DNA of 64,000 nucleotides from Octopus bimaculoides. Taxonomy: Eukaryota. Below are positions 39,331 through 52,179 of the stretch, one piece after another. Each line of letters opens with the position of its first letter. The first letter of the stretch is position 1. A program made the translations under genes and the position numbers. The stretch spans positions 32,596,858 to 32,660,857 of the forward strand of contig NC_068984.1 of assembly GCF_001194135.2 (NCBI RefSeq), written 5' to 3'. The notes beneath the pieces were generated by a model, which saw only the letters and a list, made by a program, of their open reading frames with translations, ran no database searches and was not told the DNA's origin.

Positions 39331-40429
39331 ATATATGTATATATATATATACTGTATATTTTATGTTATGACATTTATTTCAATTAGTTATTATACATTT
39401 TATTACATTATTCAAGAAAATAATCATTTACTAGATAATCAAATAATTATATTAAATTAAGAAAATATGAAGTATGCCATAATAATAATTTAATAATCTT
39501 GTATAATTTCAATTTATAAATACCTTGTAAGATATTCCACCATCTGTTTATGGCTGGTCCTGATCATCTTGCACAGAGTGTGGCAGGACATCGACATCTT
39601 GCTGGGGTTCAGCGTCTTGATCAAGCTTATCAAGGTGGGGGACTACATGCAGCAGTAGCTTATCGACAAACAGATTTACAATCGTTCTGTCCCCCATAGA
39701 CTAAGGGACACCGGTGCCGGTAGTTTGGGCAGATGCCTCATCAATGTTGGTCTGGTGTGCTTTCTTTGCACATGGCTGTGACAAATGGCTATTGGCACTG
39801 CTACAAGAAGATATTTTCCACAGGAATAGCTGGCCTTAACTCTCTCCTCAAACTGGATGGCATGCACTGGGTGTTTTCTCTTGTAGAGGTTCACTGCTTG
39901 TTCCTTGATGGTGGTTTCCTTGGGTCAGCACTTGATGCACCGGAAGTACAGGAATTTAACATTCCTCTTATCTCTTGATGTAAGGACAAAGTAGTCCTCT
40001 ATGTGAGACCACGGGTTCTGAGACTCCTGGTTCACAACCTGAGTGACCTCTGCCTCACCCACAGCTGTTGCAGACTCCTGTAAAGACTCTTCATCCTCAG
40101 GCTGAACAAAAACATCTTCACCTTCCATAACGATAAGTAATAACTTAATAAAACGATAACGTAAACTGCTGTAACTGACACTGTAAGACTGTCTGTAATG
40201 TGACAACATCATAAGTGAACATAACTCAAGATTACAGAAGTACACAATACTGCTCAGCTAGCTGCTGCTATGTCAAACAATCATGTCTTGTCACGTGTAC
40301 ACGTAGTCAGCCAATAGCGTTCCTAGCAGACTCTTCCAGACATGCCCACAACAGAGAGGAACAAACATATGGATTGTTTTTAGCGGACTTAAAGTTAGTG
40401 AAAACACTAATCAGCTGGATGAAGACTTA

Positions 40430-40473
40430 ACTTTGCTAATTAGCTGTTAATGGATTAGTGGAACTGTGTGCAC

Positions 40474-40478
<5 letters not shown>
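40430..40478 (-). mobile_element. Probable 5' terminal region (TIR) of the hAT element
   Basis: Minus reads TAGTTGTGCACACAGTTCCACTAATCCATTAACAGCTAATTAGC, a TAG-starting terminus about 350 bp upstream of the transposase ATG; partner TIR not found. Confidence 0.45.
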
Positions 40479-40554
<76 letters not shown>

Positions 40555-42561
40555 AAGANNNNNNNNNNNNNNNNNNNNNNNNNNNNNNNNNNNNNNNNNN
40601 NNNNNNNNNNNNNNNNNNNNNNNNNNNNNNNNNNNNNNNNNNNNNNNNNNNNNNNNNNNNNNNNNNNNNNNNNNNNNNNNNNNNNNNNNNNNNNNNNNNN
40701 NNNNNNNNNNNNNNNNNNNNNNNNNNNNNNNNNNNNNNNNNNNNNNNNNNNNNNNNNNNNNNNNNNNNNNNNNNNNNNNNNNNNNNNNNNNNNNNNNNNN
40801 NNNNNNNNNNNNNNNNNNNNNNNNNNNNNNNNNNNNNNNNNNNNNNNNNNNNNNNNNNNNNNNNNNNNNNNNNNNNNNNNNNNNNNNNNNNNNNNNNNNN
40901 NNNNNNNNNNNNNNNNNNNNNNNNNNNNNNNNNNNNNNNNNNNNNNNNNNNNNNNNNNNNNNNNNNNNNNNNNNNNNNNNNNNNNNNNNNNNNNNNNNNN
41001 NNNNNNNNNNNNNNNNNNNNNNNNNNNNNNNNNNNNNNNNNNNNNNNNNNNNNNNNNNNNNNNNNNNNNNNNNNNNNNNNNNNNNNNNNNNNNNNNNNNN
41101 NNNNNNNNNNNNNNNNNNNNNNNNNNNNNNNNNNNNNNNNNNNNNNNNNNNNNNNNNNNNNNNNNNNNNNNNNNNNNNNNNNNNNNNNNNNNNNNNNNNN
41201 NNNNNNNNNNNNNNNNNNNNNNNNNNNNNNNNNNNNNNNNNNNNNNNNNNNNNNNNNNNNNNNNNNNNNNNNNNNNNNNNNNNNNNNNNNNNNNNNNNNN
41301 NNNNNNNNNNNNNNNNNNNNNNNNNNNNNNNNNNNNNNNNNNNNNNNNNNNNNNNNNNNNNNNNAAAGGCTGTACAGCCAGACGTGAAGTGTGTATGTAT
41401 TGAACGCTGTGAAGCCCGAACAGGAGGGGCAAAGAAGTCCGTGCGAGCTTGGGGAGTCCAAGAACGAAAAGAAATAGCAGCCGGACACACGTGACCAAGG
41501 CTGTGTAAACAGAAAGAGTAGCAGAGGGAAAAGAAGGGGAGGAAGTAGAATAAAAGTGAGCAACGAGAGGTAGAGAGAGAGAGAGAGAGAGAGATAGTAG
41601 TAGTAACGGTGAGAGGCGAAGGGCGAGTAACAAGAGAGAGAGAGAGAGATGGTAGTGACAGGTAGAGGCGAAGAACAGTGGAGGGAAGAATGAGAGGGGG
41701 AGATAGATATAGAGATAGAGAGAGTCGCGTTAGAAAAATAGTTAAAACTTACTGTATAAAAGTTAACGCGTGCGTTCTGTCGTGATACAGACAATATATG
41801 AGTATATGCATATGTATGTACATGTATGTACATACCTTCATCTACATGTACATATAGCTACATAACTGGGTACATGACGTGGCAACATATACATATACAT
41901 ATATATATATATATGTATATGTATGTATGCATATATGTATGTTTGTATGTACACGCACACACATATGTATGTATATATGTGTGGGGGTGAGCATGTGAAT
42001 AAACTTATATGGTAAAAACCAAGCAATGCAAAAAAAAGCAAATGAATATGAATTTGTAAAATCTTTTTATTAGCCATCAGCTAGATATCATTGCTGTTTT
42101 GACACATTTTGATAAGAGGACTCCATTTAGTGATGTAAGTAGCCTTGAAGCTGCAAGGGATAAAAATGAGAAAACGTGAACAATAACAGGAACAAATGTG
42201 AGTGTATTTGAAAATTAAACGTGCGAAATCGTAGCTGAAGGATTTCATCACAAAACAAGGTAGAAACAATGATCTTTCAAGAATTATAGCTAAAAAGTAA
42301 ATTAGACTGGATCCTTTCGATATGGGTAAAAATAGTAAGACAAGAAGCGAACAAAGAGTAGCAGTAAAAAGACATCCATCACACAGTGTAGTGAAAGAGA
42401 AAAAACACAGTGTTGCTTTCTGGTTAATTGAAAAAACAAGAAAGCAGCATGCAGAGAAGAAAAAATAGGAAAGATAGAGAAAAACAGGGATTGCTGGAAA
42501 GAAACAGATAGTGTTAGAGAAAGTGAGAGAGAGCCATGCAAACACATACATAAATATGTAC

Positions 42562-42614
<53 letters not shown>

Positions 42615-43919
42615 ACGCACATATATATCTCATATACACTCATATATATGTAATTTCAACAACTAAGTGTCTAACGTATGTAAAATTCTTGAACCATATA
42701 AAACCTTTTTGCAGAAATCAAGGTTTGTTTTTGTAATTTATGACTGTCATATTATTTTATATTTGTGATTCGCAAAACAGATTTGCTTCTATTTTAAAGT
42801 GTTTTTTACTGATATTTTTCCTTCTTTATCTGCATTCACTTCAGTGGTGTTCTTTCATTTCAATTGTTAGATTTTCTTTGCTGATGTCTTTTTCTTAAAA
42901 TTTTATTACTAATTTTTTTCTCAACGTTTTATATCATCACATATTGTAAGGTTTCTATCCATGTTAGTCTGGATGTTTCCCTCTAAAACACAGCAGATTT
43001 TCAGAAAAGTAAAGATTAATTATTTCATTTTGTGAAACAGTAGAACTACTACAAGGAAACTAAATGCAAATCATAGAATGTCCTTTTTTCACTCTTTCTG
43101 CTACTGTTGCTGTAGTTGTTGGTTTCATTGTTAAGCCACAGGACTCTCTGATCAAAGGTTTTCTAAACATGACCAACATGACTTTTTGTATAACAAAAAC
43201 TAAACTTTCTGATTCACCTAACTCAAAATACTGAGTATTTCTATTATACTTTCCCTAACGATGTCGTTGCCACCACTAACATTCATCACCCTATCACTCA
43301 TATATTTTTGTAAAGAGTTTGATGATGAAGCAGAGATGTCAGTTTCTGTGGCCTGTTTTGCCATGTCTTCAACATGGTTAATATACTAGTGATGGTGTCA
43401 GGAAAATCACACTCAATATATGCAACAACGTGTGAGATTGTGAGAATGCTTTTTGCCTTGCCAAGGACATATCAACCCTTTAGTGTTGGTGCTACGAATA
43501 AAGAACCCAGTACACTGGGTTTTGGTGTTAGCAAAATCGTCCATCGAAAAATAAAATAGGAAGCTAAAAACGAAGTGTTATTGAGAAGTAGTCACCCAAC
43601 ATATCTAGGTACACACTAAACATTTGAGTACCTACTAACTGCACCAATGGTATCATATACAGCCAATATAAACATAGAAGTCTGACGTAACAGGATAATG
43701 ATCGTGGTGATAAAAATGATGATGATGATGACAGTGAAAATCATATATTGCGTATGTATATACAAACATGTATCTACAAGTGTATGAGTGAATGCATACA
43801 TACATACACACATACATACACACATACATACATATGCGTGTGTGTATAATTATGAGGAAACGTTGAAAATGCATCAAAGTTTATATATGTATATATATAT
43901 ACATACATATATAGACATA

Positions 43920-44320
43920 CATTACAAGTTCCAGTTTATACCTGTAATTACTGGGGCACTGGAATATGTAACTGCCTAAAAACCGATCTTGAGAAATTAG
44001 GCTTCTCAAAACCAGAATGGAGAAAGCTGATTCGAAAACTACAGATCCAATCCATCACTGGAACTGTAAAAATCTGTATAACTTACCAGAAGTTTATCAT
44101 TTAAGTATATATGAACATGTCTAGATATGCAAGTATATGCATGAGAAGACATACATAAAACAAAACATACATATCTGCACGTATACATACATGCATACAT
44201 ACAAAAATACCCTGTTGTTGATGTTGAAATTCCAATGAGGGAGCCTTGGATCTAGGTTGGAAACCAGCTCTTTCTCCATTGGCAAGAAATCTTGAAGTAA
44301 AACTGAATAATGACAGACAC
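43920..44320 (+). mobile_element. 3' end of an RLE-type non-LTR retrotransposon plus 3' UTR
   Basis: YKFQFIPVITGALEYVT, then after a frameshift LKTDLEKLGFSKPEWRKLIRKLQIQSITGTVKICITYQKFII*; resembles the P.vIGALG...LQ..si.GT.kI C-terminus of RLE LINEs. Confidence 0.65.
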
Positions 44321-44350
44321 ACGCGCGCACACACACACACGCACACACAC

Positions 44351-44395
<45 letters not shown>

Positions 44396-44439
44396 TGTGT
44401 ATATGCATGCATACATACACACACACGCACACACATATT

Positions 44440-45120
44440 TAAATATGAATTAGAAGCAGCTTCAGTTTGAGGTATATAAACACAGTTGAACATATACACA
44501 CTGGGTGTGTGTTGTTAGTTCGAGTATTAGCTGCTGCTTTTAGGCATAAAAGAATATATTATCTAAGTGCCAAGTGTAAGACCCCCCCCCCCAAAAAAAA
44601 AACCCCATCCAAGTGTAAGTCACAGTCAAGCGAAACAACTCAGCGACAGACTCTCGGAGCGACAGACAACGATCAGATGTTTTTACATAGAGAATATTCT
44701 CTTACGCCAAAAAACCGCAGTCGACCTCCGAACTAACAACATACACACACCCTGAGTGTGTGTTCAATTTTGTTTATATACCTCAAGCTACTTCTACTTC
44801 ATATTTGAATTTTTTCCGTGGCATGAAACGTTGGAACATGACAGCAGATGGTATCTAAGCCATCTAGCATATTGTCATTATTGGTGATATTGCTTGTTTC
44901 AGGACTTGTTTGGTATGTGGTATTGATAAGTCAAAACAATGACGAAACATCGATGTCTGTTGCTCCATGAAAAGGCCTGATGCGAGATGTCTCGTTTGAC
45001 TGTGACTTACTTTCAGGTGCTTCTTTACACCAGATGCAGAGTAAATATATCCTCTTACGCCTAAGAACCGCCGCCAACCCTCAAACTAACAACACATATC
45101 CTGTGTATGTGTTCGATTTT
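44440..45120. repeat. Three copies of a module of about 120 bp: one inverted (44440-44555) and two direct (44688-44810, 45030-45120)
   Basis: gaactaacaaca and ttatatacctc motifs occur in both orientations; same family as 29050-29350. Confidence 0.7.
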
Positions 45121-47399
45121 GATTATGTGTAATTAAAACAAGTTTAACGTTTTAACATTCGTAGGGAATGATTTTTATTGTGCTTATATGTATGAAAAAT
45201 ATAAATATAGTGATACGTTTTCAGAGAAGAAATGTTTTGCATCTATATCGGTAAACGTGTTATGAAGGTAAGTTTGGGATATATAGATTATATAAGCATG
45301 TATAACAAAAGAGAAAAAGCAAAAAATGAGAAGTCACATGTTGTTTCGAATGTTTTGTATAGAAAAAGACGTAACATACACATTTTTTAGTTTCGCACCT
45401 AAAATGGCTTTAAGCATACTACAGGAAAATGTAATATTTAACTGATCTGGATCAGGTTTCACTGATTTAAATTTTCAAGAGTTTAATGTAATGTTTTTAT
45501 ATTTTTACTTATATAAAACCATGTGCAGTTTAAGGATTAAATAGGCCTGTCACTTATGATATTTCAAAAACAAGGAACGTAACTGTGATTCGAGGTTTTT
45601 CGTCGCATATTTCTGTTTTTATATGAAGGGTGTTATATATTCCCAGATAATGTCACTCCATTTTTTGGTGGGGTTATTGTAGCTGATAACTGTGCTGGTG
45701 CCGTTATCTATATTTCATTGGCTGAGATCCAGTGTGACGACGAGATTTTTAATTCTGATTGAGTGTATATTCAGAATGGTATACTCATGTACATACATTT
45801 ATATGTACATACATATATATATACATGTGTAAAATATGGTATAATTATAAGCAGGGCAAATTTAATAATTTCTCTGCAGACTGGAAAAAATGACAAACAA
45901 CTTTAATTGATTTTCGAACCTTATTACATTCTCAGCAGAGTCGTCTACATCATTCTGACTCTCTCCAGAGAAACAAACGCCAAACTGTTTACATACTCAA
46001 CAAATGCAGCAGTTGTTCTATGAAGGAATCCTTAATTTGCATACCGAAAGTGTTTAACACTATAAATACCAGCGGCCTGTCAACGGGGAGCTTAGTCCAC
46101 ACAGTATCAAGGTATGATATAATATATTTGTAATATATGGTATAATTATATATATATATATATATACATAAACATGTGGATATGTGTATAAATATATACA
46201 TACATACATATAAATACATACAAATATACATGCATAAATACTCATAAACTTATCTACAGATACACATGCATATCCTCTTATGTACTTACATTTATATATC
46301 CAGACAGGTATATACACCCATATAAGTAATATACATACCCAACAGTATGCATACATACCAATACACACATACATACATTAATTCTTCCAGTTATACATAT
46401 ATTAGAAAGTTGCTGTTGGCATGCATATAGCCACAAAATACTATACAAGGACATTAGGACTGACAGCCATATTTCATTTTTGGTTGTTAAATGGGAGGAA
46501 ATCGGTTCTCCAGTCTCAAAACCTGGCCATCAATAGTATTACTAACTTTCCTCCATGTGTGCGTGTTTCTTTTTGTTTGTATATACAAAAAAGAAGTTAA
46601 ATATACATTTCGAATTTTTTAAAAATAGATTAATATAATTGCATTTATTTTACTGATTTCCTATTTTGTGATTTTGTTATGTAATGTGAGATGAACTGAT
46701 CTGTTTTAACAGTGAATTTCACTCAAATATGACTGTAATTTGTAAAGCTGTCCTTTTTAATGGGATATCAAAGCTCAATTTTCATTTACAGTAGAATATG
46801 GTACGTTAAAGTTGATAATGAGACTAGAGGATTTTTACAACTGAATGAATGATAATTGCGCTAAAAGCCGAATTTCAGTGAATATCTTAGGTGACACACT
46901 GGATAATGATTTCGCTTTATGTCCGTTTATAAGAATATGTGCCAGTATAGACTATGACTGTGCCCAAATCAAGGCTTTATTTATCCAGTAGTTGTGTCAT
47001 GTTATAGTATGATAAACAGGATACAGATTAGTTAGAGATTGAGAAATAGATTACTTTGTATGGGATTGACGATCAGTTGTGCATTTGGTTGTATATCTGT
47101 GAGAATATGAGTGACAATAATGTAACAGCTCTGTTTCATTCAGTGACATAGTTTATTCAGTAATTAGTGGTTTGTATTTTTAATGTGCATATTTTCGTTA
47201 TTTAGCACTTTCGTTTATCTATACCAAAACATTTCAAACTACTATAGTTTGAATGGAAATGCAGAAACTTATATCAGCTTCACCAACTTTATTAGAGTAA
47301 AAGAGTGCCTAAATGATTTCCAAACTGATTAGAAAAATATTAAATACTGAAGGAATTAAATTAATGCAACACACAAAATCAAAACTATGAAAATTTTCC

Positions 47400-48470
47400 A
47401 GTCCAATAAGTTTGCAAACAAATATCTCGGACTACAATGGGAACAAAGGTTACCTCGACTTACTCGATGGCAGAATTTGAAAACCAAATATATAAATGAT
47501 ATTGGCTAACGTACAACATCAGCTATAAAAAAATATTTAATAGATAATGGGAAATCTTACTTGGAAGATGGCGTGGGCATACAATCTTAACAAATTAGTT
47601 TTTAAATCCTAATTAATAACATAAACAACAGCACACAGTTCACAATGGACTACAATAAAATTCAACTATATTTCCTAGACATTTTAATCATAAAAGAGAA
47701 ACAAGCATTAAAAAAAACCATCCATTTCAAAGTGACAGACTCTAAATAATACCTAATATTACCACCTAAAGTACGCGAAGACAAACACACTAGTTAATCT
47801 AGTGCGAAGAACTTTAAATTTTGAAACTCGAAATTTGACTCCAAGAATTAAGATAATTATACCGCATAAAAGACGATATCCAACAAAGTTAATTGATAAA
47901 GAAGTAGAACGTACCAAAATAATCGACATTCAAGAAAGTCCAAAATAATTTAAAATCTTCAAACAATTTACCATACATCACAGCACTTAAAAAAATAAAG
48001 AGAGAACTATACAACACTATTCATAAAACATTCCATTATCGAAGCAAAACCGAAGAATGAAAAATGTACTCAATGTTTAGAAAATAAGGTAAAGCAAAAG
48101 ACAACCAAATCTCTAAGAAAAAAGGTACAGAGCAGCGCCAAACTACCAACTAAAATATAACATCAATAGTCCAAGAATATGGGCGCCCTAACTTAGGAGA
48201 CAGCATCAACTTTATAAATGATGTATCGTATATATTTTTATTAAAAACATTTTCACTAGTAAATAAAATCCCTTCACCTGTTTGCCAAAATTACTTAAAA
48301 TCTCTTTATATTATTAAATGTAGTAGATATAGTAGAGATTATATTAGACTAATGGTAACTAACTTGAAAAACGGGCTCAATATTCATAGACAACACATAC
48401 GAGATACTAACCAAACAAATTTCATTCAGTGAATATTTATATTTTTGTGCAGCTAAATAGATCATCAGCA
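47400..48470 (+). pseudogene. Penelope-like element reverse transcriptase plus GIY-YIG endonuclease, highly decayed
   Basis: TTMGTKVTSTYS (about 47430), QFTMDYNKIQLYFLDILIIKE (47636-47698), HFKVTDSK*YL, KRRYPTKLIDKEVER, and SLYIIKCSRYSRDYIRLM..LKNGLNIHRQHIRD (48301-48405, GIY-YIG-like). Confidence 0.75.
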
Positions 48471-48485
48471 TTCCTAGTTTTCATA

Positions 48486-48710
48486 TATTCTTTTCTACTC
48501 TAGGTACAAGGCCTAACGCTCGAAATTTTCGGGGAGGGGAGCAGTCGATTACATCAACCCCAGTACGCAACTGGTACTTAATTTATCGACCCGGAAAGGA
48601 TTAAAGGCAAAGTCGACCACGGTGGAATTTCAACTCAGAACGTAAAGACAGACGAAGTACCGCTAAGCATTTTTCCCGACGTGCTAACGTTTCTGCCAGC
48701 TCACCATCTT
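48486..48710 (-). mobile_element. Near full-length tRNA-derived SINE (family C) with 12-bp TSD
   Basis: Minus has A-box-like AGCTGGCAGAAACGTTAGC, B-box-like GAGTTGAAATTCC and central GCCTTTAATCCTTTCCGGGTCGATAAATTAAGTACCAG (MetaSINE-like); TSD CTAGTTTTCATA at 48474-48485 and 48711-48722. Confidence 0.88.
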
Positions 48711-49799
48711 CTAGTTTTCATACATTAACTTTGCTCTGATAAAACAACAGATAAAATTTGGTAAAATAAAAGAAATATGCAAAGCAGATAGTTCTAAAAT
48801 CTCTATAAGAGATGTAAGTAGTGACTCTTTTGAAAAGTAATGGTTGTTTCCACTGCAACATGACACAACCTTTGTCCAATATATTGTGAGCAGGGGAGTT
48901 AATCCCACCATCTAGCGATTTGGCAGACGGTAAGTTTGTGTCGTTAACCAGCTGGAAAAGTTGTTCTCCTGGAGTTAAAAAGGGCAGGAGCGTCGTTCCA
49001 TACGGAACAACAACGTTGAAATGGCGACAAACATCACTTGTCAAAAGAAATATGTTTATCAGAAAATTCATCCCACAAGCTACTAAATAAGCTATAGCAG
49101 GAAATCAACCAACGACATCTCACAATCGAAGTTCACATTCTCAAAAATAAACGTAGACAAACATACAAAGCCATATACAATACATACTGTCACTTGTATA
49201 CGTACAAATAAGTTATTTCTTTATTTTTAGCTATGCAGATATCCTCCTGTTCATGCTACCACATGGTACATTCACCGGATTAATGCAGCTTTAACTTTTA
49301 GAGGAAATGTCATTCATACTGTTACATGACTCTCTGACCTCGTGCAGGTCTATAACTCTATTTCAAATGATAGCATTTTGAGCCATAATCCCCACATAAA
49401 AAGGAACAAAGTCTCAAACTCTTGTCAGAGTCATTTTTCTTTTTCATGACCCTTCTGGCTTGCACGAAAAAAAACAAAAAAAAAAAAAAAAAAAAAAACA
49501 ACTTAAATCCATAAATATAGAAATTTAAAAAAATTTTTGTGAAAAGGAAGCTTTTTTGTTTCGGAAGTAGAACGCCAAATAAACGCGGTTGAAAAAACAC
49601 TTGAAGTAATTAAGAATATTTGTTTATATTCACTTGCCTTTACGAGTTAATGATTTTGAAAAGTATCTGTGTGTGTTTCGACTTTAACTGAATATCCAAA
49701 ATTTTTGAAATGATGAAACTGACAATATCTATTAGTAAAATTTAATATTTCTCTAGATATACGTGCGTGTGTTATCTGCTGTACTTTCATCCCAGTACG

Positions 49800-49839
<40 letters not shown>

Positions 49840-50599
49840 CACTTAAATCTGTTATTGCATGTGTGGTTATATGGGTGCACGTACTTGTAGAGAGCAGATG
49901 TGTATAAATACAGAGATACACCAAATCTAATTAAATGACAGTTGCAATGTCTCAACCACCACAATTCTTCCTGTATTAATTTCCTGCCTTGTTCTATATG
50001 ATTTGGACTCCTATATACCAATGGACGTTACATTCACAAATAAACATCTATGCCAGATTAATACATTCACTATTCTACTGTCTGAGAGATTAAACTTATC
50101 AGCATGCATTGTTTGTTTGTTTTTGTTTTTTGTTTTCCAGTCACAAAGACTAATTTTTCAATCACGTAAGCATTCTTTCTAATCACAAAGACAGATACTT
50201 GTCGTTACCTGTCTCACTGACTTTCTCCCTCACACCGGTACATTTTGATAGTAACACACAAAATCACGACTATGGCATAAAAGCCAGTAAATATAAAGAC
50301 TCTCTCTTACCTCTCTCCTCATAAATTCTATGTTATATTCATCCTTTACAATTCTGAACGATACAAATATTAAAATCTATTTGAAAAACTCCCACAGTTC
50401 AAGTGTCTTCATCTTGGTACAAAAGTAATAGTTAGTTTTAATAAGCGTTTTTGTCTATTCCCTGGCAATATATAATTGTGGACGGTTTGCTGATCAGTAA
50501 ACAGTAACCATAGCCTTCTTTCCATAGCCTCTCCTGAGGAAAGTGCTTCACCTCAAGCGTCTACCAGGAATACGTCAGTTTCACATAAAATTTATTTGT

Positions 50600-51198
50600 T
50601 TTCCACATAGAAAGTATTTATTTGTTTTTCAGCATGATGAAGATATGGATTATTTTTGTTGCACAAATAAAACTTAGAATTGTATCAGTGATGCTTTTAA
50701 TTTTCGTTTAGCTCATAGAGCATTCATTTGTCGAGCTTTTTCGTTATCTAAATTAACAAACGTTGAACGCATTTGGATGATCAACGTATAGATTTTGTTT
50801 TAATTTCTTAAGATTCCTTTTGTGGGATAGCTTCAACAGCAGTCCTCAATTGGCCATCGTCTATTGCAAAAGGTAGTCCACAACGTTCCTCATCTTTAAG
50901 CTTTCGATTCCACCCAAAATGTTTAAAACTAATTTTGAGGTGTACATTTGATAATAGTTCTGGCCAAAATATTGCCAACAGTTACTTGATGTTTATTTTG
51001 AACTCGTACGACATAAACCACAATAAATTTGCTATTTGCCCCGCCTAAAATTAATAGAAACAAACAATAGAAGCAAAACTATTAGCATAAATCGATGGAA
51101 ATCCGTCCCTCATAATGGTGTATTACATGAACATAGTTAAATAAAAGTTTATTTCAGAATAAGCATCAAATTTTGAAACTATTTTCGTACCAATCTAA
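50600..51198 (-). mobile_element. Mariner relic (Hsmar1/cecropia-like), 5' TIR plus N-terminal half
   Basis: Minus TIR TA|TTAGATTGGTACGAAAATAG; LKDEERCGLPFAIDDGQLRTAVEAIP (DeeRsGRP..iD..L..VE.dP); KLDK*MLYELNEN (KLDKWVPHEL). Confidence 0.75.
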
Positions 51199-52179
51199 TA
51201 TACATATGTATGCATGTATACATATTGGGTATGTGTGTGTGTGTGTGTATGGGTTCGCGTGTGGATATGTATGTATCTAGACATTTTTATCAATTTAATC
51301 TTTTTCTCTTCTCCTACTCATCTATTTCTCTCTTTTCTATTCTCTTCATCTAGCAGCTAACATAACTCTTGCAGCCGTCAGACGATAGATTACAGTGAAC
51401 TGGTAAACTTTGTTGCTAATAGGCGCCATATTTTTATTTTTTGCATTTTTATTTCTTTATGTAATCGTAATTTCCAATAGAAAAGTTTCTTCCTATTTTC
51501 ATAATCAACTTTGCCGTATTTAACCATGATATCTAATCAAATGGTCTTCAAAGCAGTGCTCGTTCTATAGAAATCATGTTTGCTGCAGTGTCAGACTAGA
51601 CTGTTTTCAAGAATGATGGTTCATCTCAGTTAATGCAAGGTTTGTAATTATAAACATGAAATGTCATCGCTTCACAATTCCTCAGTTAAACTTCAGAGTA
51701 GCACATGATTAATATCAACAGGAGGATCAACTAACAAATAAATTGTACTGTAATATTTTAACTGACAAAGTGTAGATACACAGCAGTAGGCAATGTATAG
51801 CATACAGAGAGAAATTGTGCGTGAAATGCTAGTGATTCGCTCTAAAATTTGAGTTTATGCACTTAACCTGTTTATTAATGATTATTATAGGACTGTTAAT
51901 ACGGAAGTCCATATGTGTTAACTTAAACTATTAGAAAAAACATTATGTTGCCTCAATTAGCTCACTCCAAACAATCTTAAAGGCATATCTCATTGGGCAT
52001 TGTAATGCATTTGATCATACACCTGCTTAATCAGTATAACTTTAGGCTTGAACATCAACAACAACGTCAGAATGAATTATATTTTACCCTATTTCATTTG
52101 AGTGTACAATAAATTGTCTTTCGGTTATAAATGTAACTTTTGCAGCAATATGAAGTGCCTTGTTCAATATTATCTATCT

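Larger units (their letters stand above)
38060..40128 (-). pseudogene. hAT-superfamily transposase relic (BED finger, partial core, C-terminal dimerisation domain)
   Basis: From ATG at 40128: NPWSHIEDYF..YFRCIKC*PK..NLYKRKHP (BED-like); LIKTLNPSKMSMSCHTLCKMI; PNSTEWNSTYDSV (TRWNS motif); FTDSDVGFLTEYTQV; AAFLPKFCLFWL; DLFIKYKTTISSSVAAGRLFS (NT.lPSSA..ERLFS). Confidence 0.85.

Noticed and set aside
40436-41833. Long ORFs (up to 465 aa) in the track here and at 8951, 53800-54875, 56620-57432, 58197-58817 and 62521-63161
   Set aside because: They read through N gaps and flanking microsatellites; artefacts
42081-42620. 179-aa hydrophobic ORF with a GPCR-TM3-like LAIILER string
   Set aside because: Starts in (TA)n; the T/C-rich strand naturally lacks stops and encodes F/L/S/C; no other conserved GPCR motif found
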